Shown here: positions 9,235 through 19,191 of the stretch, one piece after another
Layout of the letters: every line of letters starts with the position of its first letter
Position numbering within the stretch: the first letter of the stretch is position 1
Origin: an uncultured virus (IMG/VR IMGVR_UViG_3300023184_009405)
Taxonomy: Duplodnaviria; Heunggongvirae; Uroviricota; Caudoviricetes
Direction: 5' to 3' (one strand)
Virus record (IMG/VR): IMGVR_UViG_3300023184_009405
DNA length: 64,000 nucleotides
Notes under the pieces: generated by a model
What the model saw: only the letters and a program-made list of their open reading frames with translations
What the model was told of the DNA's origin: nothing
Database searches by the model: none
Made by a program: the position numbers and the translations under genes

Positions 9235-9954
9235 ATGATTGAAGAAAATAAAAATTCTATATATTCACAGACTTTTTGGCAAAATGAGCTTTTTAATAGT
9301 AGTGCATTTGAAATGCAATCTAAAATAGAAGTATTATCTGTCGAACAAGTAGAAAGTCTTAAGTTTTCTGCTCAAGATTTAGGAGCTTCTGATACTTGGA
9401 TTGCAGATATATTGCAGACATATGGAGCAAGTGCATTAGCAAGTGCGATTGAATTTTTAAGAAATGGTGCTTCTCCAACATTCATTTGGAGTACACTTCA
9501 ATTATTTGGCCCTGCTTTTCTTGGATTTTTAATTGATTTGTACAATGAATCTAGAAAGAAGGCTATTGTCCAATTAGAGGATGGTAAATTTGAAAATCAA
9601 AAGGTTGGAAGTTTATCAGGTGCTATTATTACTTTGATTCTAGTTAAAGTAATGCCTATTTTAATTCAAAAATATGGGCCACAAATTCTAAATTCATTGC
9701 TTGCTTTGTTCATGAATGTTTTTTCAGAAGAAAGTAAAGCAGAGAATTTTGATGTAGCTTCTGGGAAATATGGGGACCAAGAAAAATTTAAAGGATTTAC
9801 CAGTGAATTAGTTGAATTGGTTGCAACTAAAGTAATGCCAATAATTTTCGAAAAATATGGATCAGATATTTTAAATACTATTAATAATGCATTAATTAAT
9901 GCAGCTAAAGGTGAGAGTTCCAAAGGGGGTGGCAATTTATCTGTTGAACTCTAA
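9235..9954 (+). CDS. Membrane-associated protein with internal helical repeats
   Basis: Repeated (Y/F)G..(I/A/F)L units, e.g. KVMPILIQKYGPQILN and KVMPIIFEKYGSDILN; AAGGAG RBS. Confidence 0.7.
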   Translation: MIEENKNSIYSQTFWQNELFNSSAFEMQSKIEVLSVEQVESLKFSAQDLGASDTWIADILQTYGASALASAIEFLRNGASPTFIWSTLQLFGPAFLGFLIDLYNESRKKAIVQLEDGKFENQKVGSLSGAIITLILVKVMPILIQKYGPQILNSLLALFMNVFSEESKAENFDVASGKYGDQEKFKGFTSELVELVATKVMPIIFEKYGSDILNTINNALINAAKGESSKGGGNLSVEL

Positions 9955-9982
9955 CTTAAAAAATAGTATTTAATTTATTAAA

Positions 9983-10017
9983 AAAAGAGCAAGAAATTAT
10001 ATGTTTCTTGCTCTTTT
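9983..10017. terminator. Intrinsic terminator-like inverted repeat
   Basis: AAAAGAGCAAGAAA-ttatatg-TTTCTTGCTCTTTT. Confidence 0.8.
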
Positions 10018-10060
10018 AGTTTACATAATAATATTTTATGCATAATTAGAAAGGAATAAC

Positions 10061-10507
10061 ATGTTTAGTTTATTGATTAGTTTAATTTTAAATAGTAATA
10101 ATGATCTGCCAGCATTAAAAATTACAACTCCTATGGAATCAAATAAAATAGTTGTTTTAAAGGATGAAAATCCAAGGAAAACTGTACTTATTTATGAAGA
10201 GGATGTTCCAGTTGCAAAAGAAAGTATTTCTTTTGAAATTGTTAGATTTAATCCTTTAAAAAGAACTGTTGGTGCATTAAGAAAGTCTTTATCTGAGGTT
10301 GCAATTTTGCCAAGAAGAGGATCTGTAGTAAAAATTAACAATGGTTTTCCTGTATCAGAAGAAAAAACTGTTACTAAAATTGAAATAAATAAAACTATTG
10401 TTCCTGTAGAACAACAATCTTCTGAAGAACCAAGGTATATGATTCATGAAGACAGGAGATTATTTTCTGGAAGATTAAGAAATAGAATCTTCATAGGCAG
10501 TAGGTAA
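10061..10507 (+). CDS. Hypothetical exported protein with Arg-rich C-terminus
   Basis: MFSLLISLIL N-terminus, RRLFSGRLRNR tail, AAGGA RBS. Confidence 0.7.
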   Translation: MFSLLISLILNSNNDLPALKITTPMESNKIVVLKDENPRKTVLIYEEDVPVAKESISFEIVRFNPLKRTVGALRKSLSEVAILPRRGSVVKINNGFPVSEEKTVTKIEINKTIVPVEQQSSEEPRYMIHEDRRLFSGRLRNRIFIGSR

Positions 10508-10509
10508 TA

Positions 10510-11115
10510 TTGATGTTTAAAAAAAGAATATCAAATATAAACTTGATAATTGTTTGCAATGATTCAAAGCATAATGACGAATTGACTTTTTTAACTTGGT
10601 ATTCTTTCAATAAATGTTTTTCTGGAATTAAATCTTTGATACTTAAGTCTAACAGGAAAAACTCCAATATTAAATACTGGATTAATTCGTTTAAAATTCA
10701 TTGTAAATTTGGAAGCCTAAGTTTAGATGAAATTAAAAAATTTGAATTTTTAGATGATTCTTATTTTGTAATAAAGGCAGGAATTGTTTTTTTGAAGCCT
10801 GAAATTGATTTAGAAAATTCATTTGATTTTTTTGAAAGCAAAGGCATATATTACAATTGCAAAAATTCTTTTTCAGAAACAGAAAATAAATATTTAATTG
10901 GAACGCTAGAAGATGATGTATCTTTTAATTTTATAGATTTAAATCCCTGGATTAAAAAATTAAATGAATTAAAATTAATAGATAGATTGTCTCTGTGTTA
11001 TGGAGAGCCTGAATTTACAAATGGAAAAGGAAATCCAAATGAAATTAATTTTGGTTATTTATTAAAAGATGCTCAAAAAGTTTACAATAATTTCCCAGAG
11101 GTTTTAAATGTCTAA
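10510..11115 (+). CDS. Hypothetical protein
   Basis: 201-aa ORF in operon. Confidence 0.65.
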   Translation: MMFKKRISNINLIIVCNDSKHNDELTFLTWYSFNKCFSGIKSLILKSNRKNSNIKYWINSFKIHCKFGSLSLDEIKKFEFLDDSYFVIKAGIVFLKPEIDLENSFDFFESKGIYYNCKNSFSETENKYLIGTLEDDVSFNFIDLNPWIKKLNELKLIDRLSLCYGEPEFTNGKGNPNEINFGYLLKDAQKVYNNFPEVLNV

Positions 11116-11407
11116 TAAATTTTCCGATGATAATTTTGAAGAAGAAGATGAAAACGAAGAAGAAATGTTTTATACTGAAGATGAGTATAATGATTTGCTT
11201 GATGAAAACATAGAATTGAAAAAAGAGTCTTTCTTTATATCTTTACAGGAGCTTAATGAAAGATTAATCAAAGACTCAATATCTATTTGCTCTAATAATT
11301 GGTTTTGGTCATTTAAAAATTATAGATATAAAATAAAAGAAATAAAGAATACTTTTAATAAATTAAAAGAAATGATAGATGACGATATTGATCCTATAGA
11401 TTTATAA
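11108..11407 (+). CDS. Acidic hypothetical protein
   Basis: 99-aa ORF, overlapping start. Confidence 0.65.
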   Translation: MSNKFSDDNFEEEDENEEEMFYTEDEYNDLLDENIELKKESFFISLQELNERLIKDSISICSNNWFWSFKNYRYKIKEIKNTFNKLKEMIDDDIDPIDL

Positions 11408-11456
11408 TTTTTTAATATAAAATAAATATCGTCTTATATGTTAAATCTAAATATTC

Positions 11457-11783
11457 TTATTTAACTTTTCCGAAGTTTTTACCTGATTTTATATCATCAA
11501 GTGGTACATAGGCAGGTATTGTATCTTGTGTTGCTTTTTCAGCAGCCCTGCGTTCGCTTTTAGCTTTTTCCATGTTATAGCCAGCACGATATTCAAAACT
11601 TTCAAATTTGCTTGTACCAACAGGATTTGAAAAAGTTACTATTGCTGCACTTACTAATTTTTCTTTCTTTTTTGATTTACAATGTGGGCATTCAACATCT
11701 TTATATTTTTCAGTAGGGTCATACTTGCAAAGATCTTCATATTCACTGTTACATTTTTTACATATAAATTCATAAAAAGGCAT
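11457..11783 (-). CDS. FmdB-family zinc-ribbon protein
   Basis: MPFYEFICKKC...CPHC...KLVS; GGAG RBS. Confidence 0.85.
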   Translation of the reverse strand: MPFYEFICKKCNSEYEDLCKYDPTEKYKDVECPHCKSKKKEKLVSAAIVTFSNPVGTSKFESFEYRAGYNMEKAKSERRAAEKATQDTIPAYVPLDDIKSGKNFGKVK

Positions 11784-11885
11784 AATACTCCTAGTATCAT
11801 AAGAAATTTTCGTGCTATAATTATAATAGTGGTTTTAATTTAATTTAAACTACAATAAGTAAAATTGATTATTTTTGAGGTAAAA

Positions 11886-13955
11886 ATGAGTTTATTAAAT
11901 AAAGTAGCAGAAAAATTTGACAAGAATAAATTTCACAATCTTAACGAAGAATTCACTTTCTCTGAATACTTAGAAAGATGTTATAAGAACCCAAAAGTAA
12001 TCAGGACAGCATATCAAAGAATTTATGATATGATTATTGCTAAAGGATATAAAGAATTTGAAAAATATAGAAAAACTTTAGTGCATTATAATTTTTTTGA
12101 TGATAGTGAAATTCCAATTTTTGGGCTTGAAGAAACAATTGATAGATTGATGAAATTTATAAAAGGTGCAGCTGGTGGATTTGGCACAGAAAAAAGAATT
12201 CTTCTTCTTCATGGGCCTGTTGGTTCTTCTAAGTCAACCATTCTTAGACTTTTAAAAAAGGGAATGGAAAGATACTCTCAGACAGATGATGGTTCTTGGT
12301 ATACATTTAAATGGATTAATCTTCCAACTGGTCCAGATGGAATTTATATTTCTGATTGTGACGAATGTCCAATGCATGAAGATCCGATTAAATTAATTCC
12401 TATTGATATTAGAAAAGGAATAATAGATGAGCTTAATGAAATTTATAGAAACAGCTTCAATGAAAAAGAAAGTATTAATGCTTATAAATTAAGAGTTGAT
12501 GGAGAGCTTGATCCAAGATGCAAGCTTTTCATGAACATGCTTTTGAAAAAATATAATGGTGATTGGGAAAAAGTAATAGAGAATCATATTGTTGTAATTA
12601 GAAAAGTTTATTCTGAATCTGATCGTTGTGGAATTGCTACATTTCAACCAAAAGATGAAAAAAATCAAGATAGTACAGAGTTAACAGGAGATATTAATTT
12701 TGCAAAGATTAGTCATTTTGGATCTGATTCTGATGCAAGATGTTTTTCTTTTGATGGTGAATTGAATGTTGGTAATCGAGGAATCTGCGAATTTATTGAA
12801 ATGCTAAAATTAGAACAAGCATTTTTGTATGATTTACTTGGTGCTTCGCAAGAAAGAAATATTAAACCTAAGAAGTTTTCTCAAATTTCTGTAGACATGT
12901 GTATTTGTGGACACACTAATTCTCCAGAGTTTGAAAAACTAAAGAACAATCCTTTTATGGAAGCATTGAGAGATAGAACTGTGAAAATTGATGTGCCTTA
13001 TTTACTTACATTGAAAGATGAAATTAAAGTTTTAGAACAAGATTATGGCAGTGATAAAATAAGACAGCATGTTGCTCCGCACACTTTGGAAGTTGCAGCT
13101 TTGTGGGCTATTTTAACAAGGCTTGAAGAAGACAGAGATAATAAAATTTCACCAGTAGACAAGGCTGAGCTTTATAACGGTAAGACTTTGTCAGGGTGGA
13201 CTGAAGATTCTGTAAAGGAAATGAGGGATAAATATCCAAACGAGGGAATGTCTGGTGGTATAAGTGCAAGATATGTTCAAGATAAAATTGCAAATTGTTT
13301 AAGTGATAATCATGATTACATCAATCCTTTTATGGTTTTAAATGAAATTAGAGATGGAATTGAAAATCATAGTTTAATTACAAATAAAGATCAAATTACT
13401 AAGTACATGAATTGTATTGATTTGACAATGAAGAAGCTTGATGAAATTCTTAAAACAGAAGTTCAAAAAGCTCTTGTTGGCGATGAAGAAGCAATTGTAA
13501 GATTGTGTGCTAATTATATTGATAATTTAATGGCTTATATTAATAAAAGCAAAGTTAAGAATCCTTATACTGGTAGAGAGGAAACTCCTGATGAAAGACT
13601 AATGCGTAGTATAGAAACTAAGATTGATATACCAGAAACTGGTGCTGATGATTTCAGAAGAATGGTTGCAGCTTTTATTGGCGACCTTGCACATAAAGGT
13701 AAAACCTTTAGTTGGAATTCTAATGTTCAATTAGGCAAGGCTTTTGAAGCTAAGTTGTTCGAGGACACCAAAGATCATATCAAGCTTTCATCTTTGAGTA
13801 ATTCTGGTGTTTTTGTAGCTGATGAACATCATCAGGAAAAAATTGATGCTGTTAAGTCAAGATTGATAAAGCTATTTGGCTATAATGAGAAATCAGCAAC
13901 TGATGTTTTGGATTATGTTTCTAGTCTTTATTCTCGTGGAAGTGCAGGTGATTAA
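11886..13955 (+). CDS. prkA: PrkA/YeaG AAA+ serine kinase/ATPase
   Basis: LLHGPVGSSKS Walker A, CPMHEDP, FQPKDEKNQDSTELTG, NRG..EFIE, EALRDR; likely start at ATG 11886 after GAGG. Confidence 0.93.
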   Translation: MSLLNKVAEKFDKNKFHNLNEEFTFSEYLERCYKNPKVIRTAYQRIYDMIIAKGYKEFEKYRKTLVHYNFFDDSEIPIFGLEETIDRLMKFIKGAAGGFGTEKRILLLHGPVGSSKSTILRLLKKGMERYSQTDDGSWYTFKWINLPTGPDGIYISDCDECPMHEDPIKLIPIDIRKGIIDELNEIYRNSFNEKESINAYKLRVDGELDPRCKLFMNMLLKKYNGDWEKVIENHIVVIRKVYSESDRCGIATFQPKDEKNQDSTELTGDINFAKISHFGSDSDARCFSFDGELNVGNRGICEFIEMLKLEQAFLYDLLGASQERNIKPKKFSQISVDMCICGHTNSPEFEKLKNNPFMEALRDRTVKIDVPYLLTLKDEIKVLEQDYGSDKIRQHVAPHTLEVAALWAILTRLEEDRDNKISPVDKAELYNGKTLSGWTEDSVKEMRDKYPNEGMSGGISARYVQDKIANCLSDNHDYINPFMVLNEIRDGIENHSLITNKDQITKYMNCIDLTMKKLDEILKTEVQKALVGDEEAIVRLCANYIDNLMAYINKSKVKNPYTGREETPDERLMRSIETKIDIPETGADDFRRMVAAFIGDLAHKGKTFSWNSNVQLGKAFEAKLFEDTKDHIKLSSLSNSGVFVADEHHQEKIDAVKSRLIKLFGYNEKSATDVLDYVSSLYSRGSAGD

Positions 13956-13958
13956 CAT

Positions 13959-14171
13959 ATGACACCAAGTAATTATTGGTTAGGAAGGCTTTGCACAAAA
14001 GATGATCTTAAAAAACTCGATGATTATTTGATGGAAGCTTGGTCTAATGATGCAACTGTTGACGAAGTCTTGTCTAACATGCCAAGTGAAATTAAATACT
14101 TTTTCTTGCAATTAAAAATAGGGTGTCCAAATCCTGCCAAAGATGGCATACAAATTACTTTTGATATTTAG
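13959..14171 (+). CDS. Small hypothetical protein within the prkA operon
   Basis: 70-aa ORF tightly packed between prkA and yeaH. Confidence 0.6.
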   Translation: MTPSNYWLGRLCTKDDLKKLDDYLMEAWSNDATVDEVLSNMPSEIKYFFLQLKIGCPNPAKDGIQITFDI

Positions 14172-14183
14172 AAAGGGGTTTTA

Positions 14184-15380
14184 GTGCCTCGAAGAATAAC
14201 TGAAGATCATAACCAGTTTAGAGATGTTGTATCTGGTAAGATTAGAAAAGGACTTAAGAAGTTTATCAAAAGTGGCCAGATTTTTAAAAATCGAGGCAAA
14301 AATGGTAAAATTTCAATTAACATTCCAAGGATTGATATTCCTCATATTGTTTACGGAGATAATCCATCTGGCGTAGGTAGAGGAGGAGGTAAAAAAGGAG
14401 ATGTAATTGGAAAAGATGATGACAAGAATAACAAAGCAGGACAAGGTGATGCAGAAGGAATAACGATAAATTTAGATTTAGAAGAAGTATTAAAATTCAT
14501 GCAACATGAATTAGAACTTCCAGATTTAAAACCAAAAGAAAATGGAACATTTGAAGATGTAAAAATTAAATATAATAATATAAGTTTAGTTGGACCTGAT
14601 TCTTTAAGGCATACTAGGCGAACAATGTTACAAGCTTTAAAAAGATTATGTAGCACTGGAGAAATTAATAAGCTGTATGAAATACCAGGGTATAAAGATA
14701 AAGTTAAATTATTAACGCCAATTAATTCCGACAAAAGATTTAGACAATATAAAGAAATTAAGACACCTTCTAACAATGCATTGATTATTTACGCAAGAGA
14801 TGGCTCTGGTTCTATGGGTGCAGAGAAATGTGAAATTGTTAGTGATATGTGTTGGTGGATAGATGTTTGGATTAAAAGATTTTATAAAAGAGTGGAAAGA
14901 ATGTTTGTTTGGCATGATAATAATGCCATGGAAGTAGATGAGGATAAATTTTATAGGTATAGACAAGGAGGTGGAACAACTTGTTCTTCTGCCTTTAAAT
15001 TAATTTCTCAACAATTTGAAAACAGATTTCCACCTCGCAATTGGAACATTTATGTTTTTTATTTTACAGATGGTGATAACTGGGATGATGACAATAATGA
15101 TTTGCTTCAAACTATTGATAAAAATTTTAAATCTAGCGATGTTAATCTTCTTGGTGTAACTCAAATTTATTCTTTTGATACAAAAACCAGCGTTAAAAAT
15201 GTTTTAGATGAAGGCATGGCTAGCAATAAAATTAATAATGTAAATTTGAAAACTTATGATATTAATAGTGGAAGTGGAAATTTTGATTTGGCAAATAATG
15301 AAGAATTAAGAAATAATCAAATATTAGATGCAATTAAGCATTTACTTGGAACATCTAAACAAAAACATATAATTTTTTAG
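14184..15380 (+). CDS. yeaH: YeaH/YhbH (DUF444) vWA-domain protein
   Basis: DH..FR, Gly-rich linker, LELPDL, MIDAS-like DGSGSM...GGT...FTDGDNW. Confidence 0.9.
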   Translation: MPRRITEDHNQFRDVVSGKIRKGLKKFIKSGQIFKNRGKNGKISINIPRIDIPHIVYGDNPSGVGRGGGKKGDVIGKDDDKNNKAGQGDAEGITINLDLEEVLKFMQHELELPDLKPKENGTFEDVKIKYNNISLVGPDSLRHTRRTMLQALKRLCSTGEINKLYEIPGYKDKVKLLTPINSDKRFRQYKEIKTPSNNALIIYARDGSGSMGAEKCEIVSDMCWWIDVWIKRFYKRVERMFVWHDNNAMEVDEDKFYRYRQGGGTTCSSAFKLISQQFENRFPPRNWNIYVFYFTDGDNWDDDNNDLLQTIDKNFKSSDVNLLGVTQIYSFDTKTSVKNVLDEGMASNKINNVNLKTYDINSGSGNFDLANNEELRNNQILDAIKHLLGTSKQKHIIF

Positions 15381-15389
15381 GTCAATAAA

Positions 15390-18215
15390 ATGTCAAATAA
15401 ATTTTTTCACGGATCTTCTATTTTACATGGAAATGGTACAGTTCCTGGCGTTCCACTTCCAGAAGAACTCAAAAAACTTATACCTACAATTTTTAAAGAA
15501 TGTAAAGATTATGGTTTAGATTATTATCCAACTATTGTACAGATGCTTTCTTATGATGAAATTAGTGAAATAGCATCATATGGTGGATTTCCTGTAAGAT
15601 ATCCTCATTGGAAATGGGGCATGGAATACGAGGAATTACAGCGTGGGTATGAATATGGAATGCATCGTATTTTTGAAATGGTTGTAAATTGCGTACATCC
15701 AGATACAAAAATACCTACCAATAAAGGCTCTATTGAAGCTAAACATGTTAAAGAAGGCGATAAAGTATTTTCAAATAATGGTGAAAAATTAGTTGCTAAA
15801 GTAGTAAAGCAAAAAAAGTCAAAAACACTTAAAATTAAACTAAGGGATCAAATCAGAGATTTGGTTTGCACTGAAAACCATAAATGGTTGACTTTAACAG
15901 AAAACGGCAATGAATGGAAGGAAACTAGAGATTTAAAGCCAAACGATCTTTTGATTGGTGGTAATATTTATAGTTATTTTTTAAAAACTCCATGCCAATT
16001 AAATACTAATTTTACAAAAGAAATGTCTTTAGAGCTAGCTGAGTTTCTAGGTGCATTTTATGCATCTAGTCCTGTTTTAAAAAACAATGAACTTTCTATT
16101 AGCTTTGAATCTGGAGATAAATCATTTGATAAACTAACATATATTTTAAAATTTTCTTTCGAATTATTTAATTCTCAAGTAAAAATTTTAATGGAAAACA
16201 ATTCAATTAAAATATTTTTTACTGATTCTAATACTTTAAATTTCTTTAATTTTATTGGATTATCTAATAAAATACCTGATGTAATAAGTTTGTCTTCAAA
16301 TGAATACAAGGCAGCTTTCGCAAGAGGATATTTTAGTTTTTCTGCTAAAATATTCAAAGATAATAAGTATGTTTTACATTTTACGCAAATTGAAAAAAAC
16401 ATAGCTTCAGATCTTCAACTTGTCTTAGCAGAATTTGGAATTTATACTATAGCTAAAGAAGAAGAAAGTAAATTTTTTGAAATTAGTATTTGTGGCAAGA
16501 AAAATTTAATAAGTTTTTTGAAATATATAAATTTGTTTTTTCATAAAAAAGACGCAGATATGATTCTTTTTAATTATGAAGGTTATAGTTATAATATAAA
16601 ATCTGAAATTATACAGAACAAAGTCTTAGAAACTTTAAATAAAATTAATAATGTTGCATTTTTTATCAACAATAGAAGTACAATAGATGATCTTAGAAAA
16701 GCTCCTCAGAACTTGAGCTACATAGAAGCTTTTTTGGAAAATAACTTTATTGATTATTATGTAAAAGAGTTCGAAGAAATATTACAATATTTCAGCAATC
16801 CGCTTTTCCAAATAGAATCAATTAATGAAGATGTAGAACAAGAGACAATAGACATTGCGTTATTTGATGAAAATCATGATTTCATGGCAAACGGTATCAT
16901 TAGTCATAATACTAATCCATGTTATATTTACTGCTTAAATAGCAATACGCTTGTTGATAATGTAACTGTTATTGCACATGCATTAGGTCATAATCACTTT
17001 TTTAAAAATAATATTTATTTTTCGCCAACTAGTCAAAATATGATGAATGAATTTGCCAATAATGGCATAAGAATAAAAAAATACATGGCTAGGTATGGCA
17101 AAGAAAAAGTTACTGAATTTATTGATTGTATTTTGAAAATTGATACTTTGATAGACCCAGCTAAAGCTTGGGAAAATAAAACAATTAAAGATCCAATTAT
17201 AAAAGACGAAAAGAAATATATTTATCCAAGTAGAATAAAATTAAAAAATGATAGATTACACTTAGATCCTTGGATTAATTCTAGAGAAAGCATTGAAAAG
17301 GAAAACAAGTTAATTAAAGAACAGGAAGCTAAAGAAGAAATAGGATTATTTCAAGATCCAACAAAAGATATTCTTGGATATCTTAGAGATAACGCAAATC
17401 TAAAGCCATGGCAAAGAGATATTGTATCAATGCTTTATGAAGAAGCATTATATTTTTATCCACAGGCTATGACTAAAACATGCAATGAAGGATGTGCTAG
17501 TTTTATTGATTATCAAATTATGGCAAGAAATGGATTGGTTGGCTTGGGACAAAAGTCTCATGATGATGGAATTATAGAATATGCCAAACATAAAATGTCA
17601 GTTCTTGGAGGTAAGTATTCTATGAATCCTTACAAGCTAGGATTTTATTTACTGCTTGATATTGAAGAAAGATGGAATAAAGGCAAGTTTGGCAAAGAAT
17701 ACGATGAATGTCAGGATGCCAATCAAAAAGAAAAATGGGATAAGAATTTAGGATTAGGCAAAGAAAAAGTATTTGAAATATGGAAATATTACGATGATGT
17801 TAATTTCATTAATGAATTTTTCACTCCTGAGTTTTGTCAAAAGAATGAGTTTTTTGAATGGGAGAAACATCCAAATGGGGAATATGTAATTTCTTCTAAG
17901 GACTCTGTAAAAATAAAAAGAAAATTAATGCAAAAGCATTTAAATAGAGGATTACCAGAAATTAAATTAATTGATCCAAATCATAAAAATAAAGGATATT
18001 ATCTACTTGAGCATACTTGGGATGGAAGAGTTATTTATCAGCCTTATGTTGGAGAGGTTTTATCTGCAATTTTTATTTTAACTGGCAAACCTGTTGTGCT
18101 GACAACAAAAAACAAAAACAACGAAGATATTGTTTATGTAGCTCCAACTAAAAAAGCAGACGATTTGCAAGTTTATAGAAAAGAAGAATATTTTAAAAAA
18201 TGGAACATGTTTTAA
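15390..18215 (+). CDS. spoVR: SpoVR/YcgB family protein containing an intein
   Basis: GFPVRYPHW..G..Y, IFEMVVN|intein|TNPC, AHALGHNHFFKNN, TK..NEG.AS, NPYKLG. Confidence 0.92.
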   Translation: MSNKFFHGSSILHGNGTVPGVPLPEELKKLIPTIFKECKDYGLDYYPTIVQMLSYDEISEIASYGGFPVRYPHWKWGMEYEELQRGYEYGMHRIFEMVVNCVHPDTKIPTNKGSIEAKHVKEGDKVFSNNGEKLVAKVVKQKKSKTLKIKLRDQIRDLVCTENHKWLTLTENGNEWKETRDLKPNDLLIGGNIYSYFLKTPCQLNTNFTKEMSLELAEFLGAFYASSPVLKNNELSISFESGDKSFDKLTYILKFSFELFNSQVKILMENNSIKIFFTDSNTLNFFNFIGLSNKIPDVISLSSNEYKAAFARGYFSFSAKIFKDNKYVLHFTQIEKNIASDLQLVLAEFGIYTIAKEEESKFFEISICGKKNLISFLKYINLFFHKKDADMILFNYEGYSYNIKSEIIQNKVLETLNKINNVAFFINNRSTIDDLRKAPQNLSYIEAFLENNFIDYYVKEFEEILQYFSNPLFQIESINEDVEQETIDIALFDENHDFMANGIISHNTNPCYIYCLNSNTLVDNVTVIAHALGHNHFFKNNIYFSPTSQNMMNEFANNGIRIKKYMARYGKEKVTEFIDCILKIDTLIDPAKAWENKTIKDPIIKDEKKYIYPSRIKLKNDRLHLDPWINSRESIEKENKLIKEQEAKEEIGLFQDPTKDILGYLRDNANLKPWQRDIVSMLYEEALYFYPQAMTKTCNEGCASFIDYQIMARNGLVGLGQKSHDDGIIEYAKHKMSVLGGKYSMNPYKLGFYLLLDIEERWNKGKFGKEYDECQDANQKEKWDKNLGLGKEKVFEIWKYYDDVNFINEFFTPEFCQKNEFFEWEKHPNGEYVISSKDSVKIKRKLMQKHLNRGLPEIKLIDPNHKNKGYYLLEHTWDGRVIYQPYVGEVLSAIFILTGKPVVLTTKNKNNEDIVYVAPTKKADDLQVYRKEEYFKKWNMF
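15690..16910 (+). mobile_element. Intein (407 aa) with a degenerate LAGLIDADG homing endonuclease
   Basis: Block A CVHPDT, block B CTENHKW, terminal ANGIISHN with Thr at +1; removal restores SpoVR ...EMVVN-TNPC... Confidence 0.92.
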
Positions 18216-18251
18216 TTTTTATAGAATAAAAACAAGAAAACTGATAAACTT

Positions 18252-19100
18252 TTATGGGTGTAGTAGTTTATTTAGATTAATATACCTACTTAAACATTTT
18301 TTTGTTTTTAAGTTTGAATAAAAATAATTGCATAATCTACGAGAGCTAGATCCTTCGTTTGACTTAATTATTATTGAATCTTCTGGAAGCGATTGAGTTG
18401 CTATTATTGATAACGAACTATCTATTCCAATAAATCCTTTTGAATTTTTAACTATTTCAATTGCTTCAAAATAATTTGTTTTTCCTGTTAGATTTATAAA
18501 ACAATCTTCTTTAAGTATTTCTTTGAACCACAAGTTATTCAAGTACCAATTTTGATTATTTAAGATAACTCCTTTGATATTACTTGATTTTAATATTTTT
18601 ATTGTTTCTTGCCAGTCTTCAATTTCAAATAATCTTTTTTTTGTCCATGAATATGTCCATCCTGATATTGAAATATATTTGTCTGGAAGTTTAAATTTAT
18701 CAATTTCACATAATTTTTCTTTAACAAAAGAATAGTTTTTAATGTTTTCTTTTTCTAGTAATTGTTCATATTTTCCTTCATAGAAATTCCAATCTATTAA
18801 AACTTTATCTTTGTTTATTTCTTGATTTTCATGAAAGTAATGATTTATTGAATTGTTTTTAATTTCAATTTTATTTATTCCGTGTGGTATTTTAACAGTT
18901 GTTTTTTTACAATTTTTATTATAAAATTTACTTTTGCTCATGCATTCAAAGTGTGGAATAGTTTCATTGCTGCTTAAGTAGATTACTTCTTTTAAATTTA
19001 TTTTTTCTTTGTCAGTTAGAAATGATTCAAAAGCAATGAAATCTCCTATTGCTTTTGATATTACTATGTATTCGTAAAAAAATCTTTCTTCGTTGTTCAT
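18252..19100 (-). CDS. GT9 (heptosyltransferase-like) glycosyltransferase
   Basis: AIGD, INLTGKT...EAIEIV...FIGIDS.LS..A. Confidence 0.8.
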   Translation of the reverse strand: MNNEERFFYEYIVISKAIGDFIAFESFLTDKEKINLKEVIYLSSNETIPHFECMSKSKFYNKNCKKTTVKIPHGINKIEIKNNSINHYFHENQEINKDKVLIDWNFYEGKYEQLLEKENIKNYSFVKEKLCEIDKFKLPDKYISISGWTYSWTKKRLFEIEDWQETIKILKSSNIKGVILNNQNWYLNNLWFKEILKEDCFINLTGKTNYFEAIEIVKNSKGFIGIDSSLSIIATQSLPEDSIIIKSNEGSSSRRLCNYFYSNLKTKKCLSRYINLNKLLHP

Positions 19101-19133
19101 AATTTATGTATTGTAATTTAATATACTTTTTAA

Positions 19134-19161
19134 TTGCAATTACTATCTGACATCATATAAT
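19134..19161 (+). promoter_or_regulatory. Sigma70-like promoter for the dnaE N-half
   Basis: TTGCAA-16 bp-TATAAT. Confidence 0.6.
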
Positions 19162-19191
19162 GATATTTTCTTTTAAAGGATTAAATGAACT

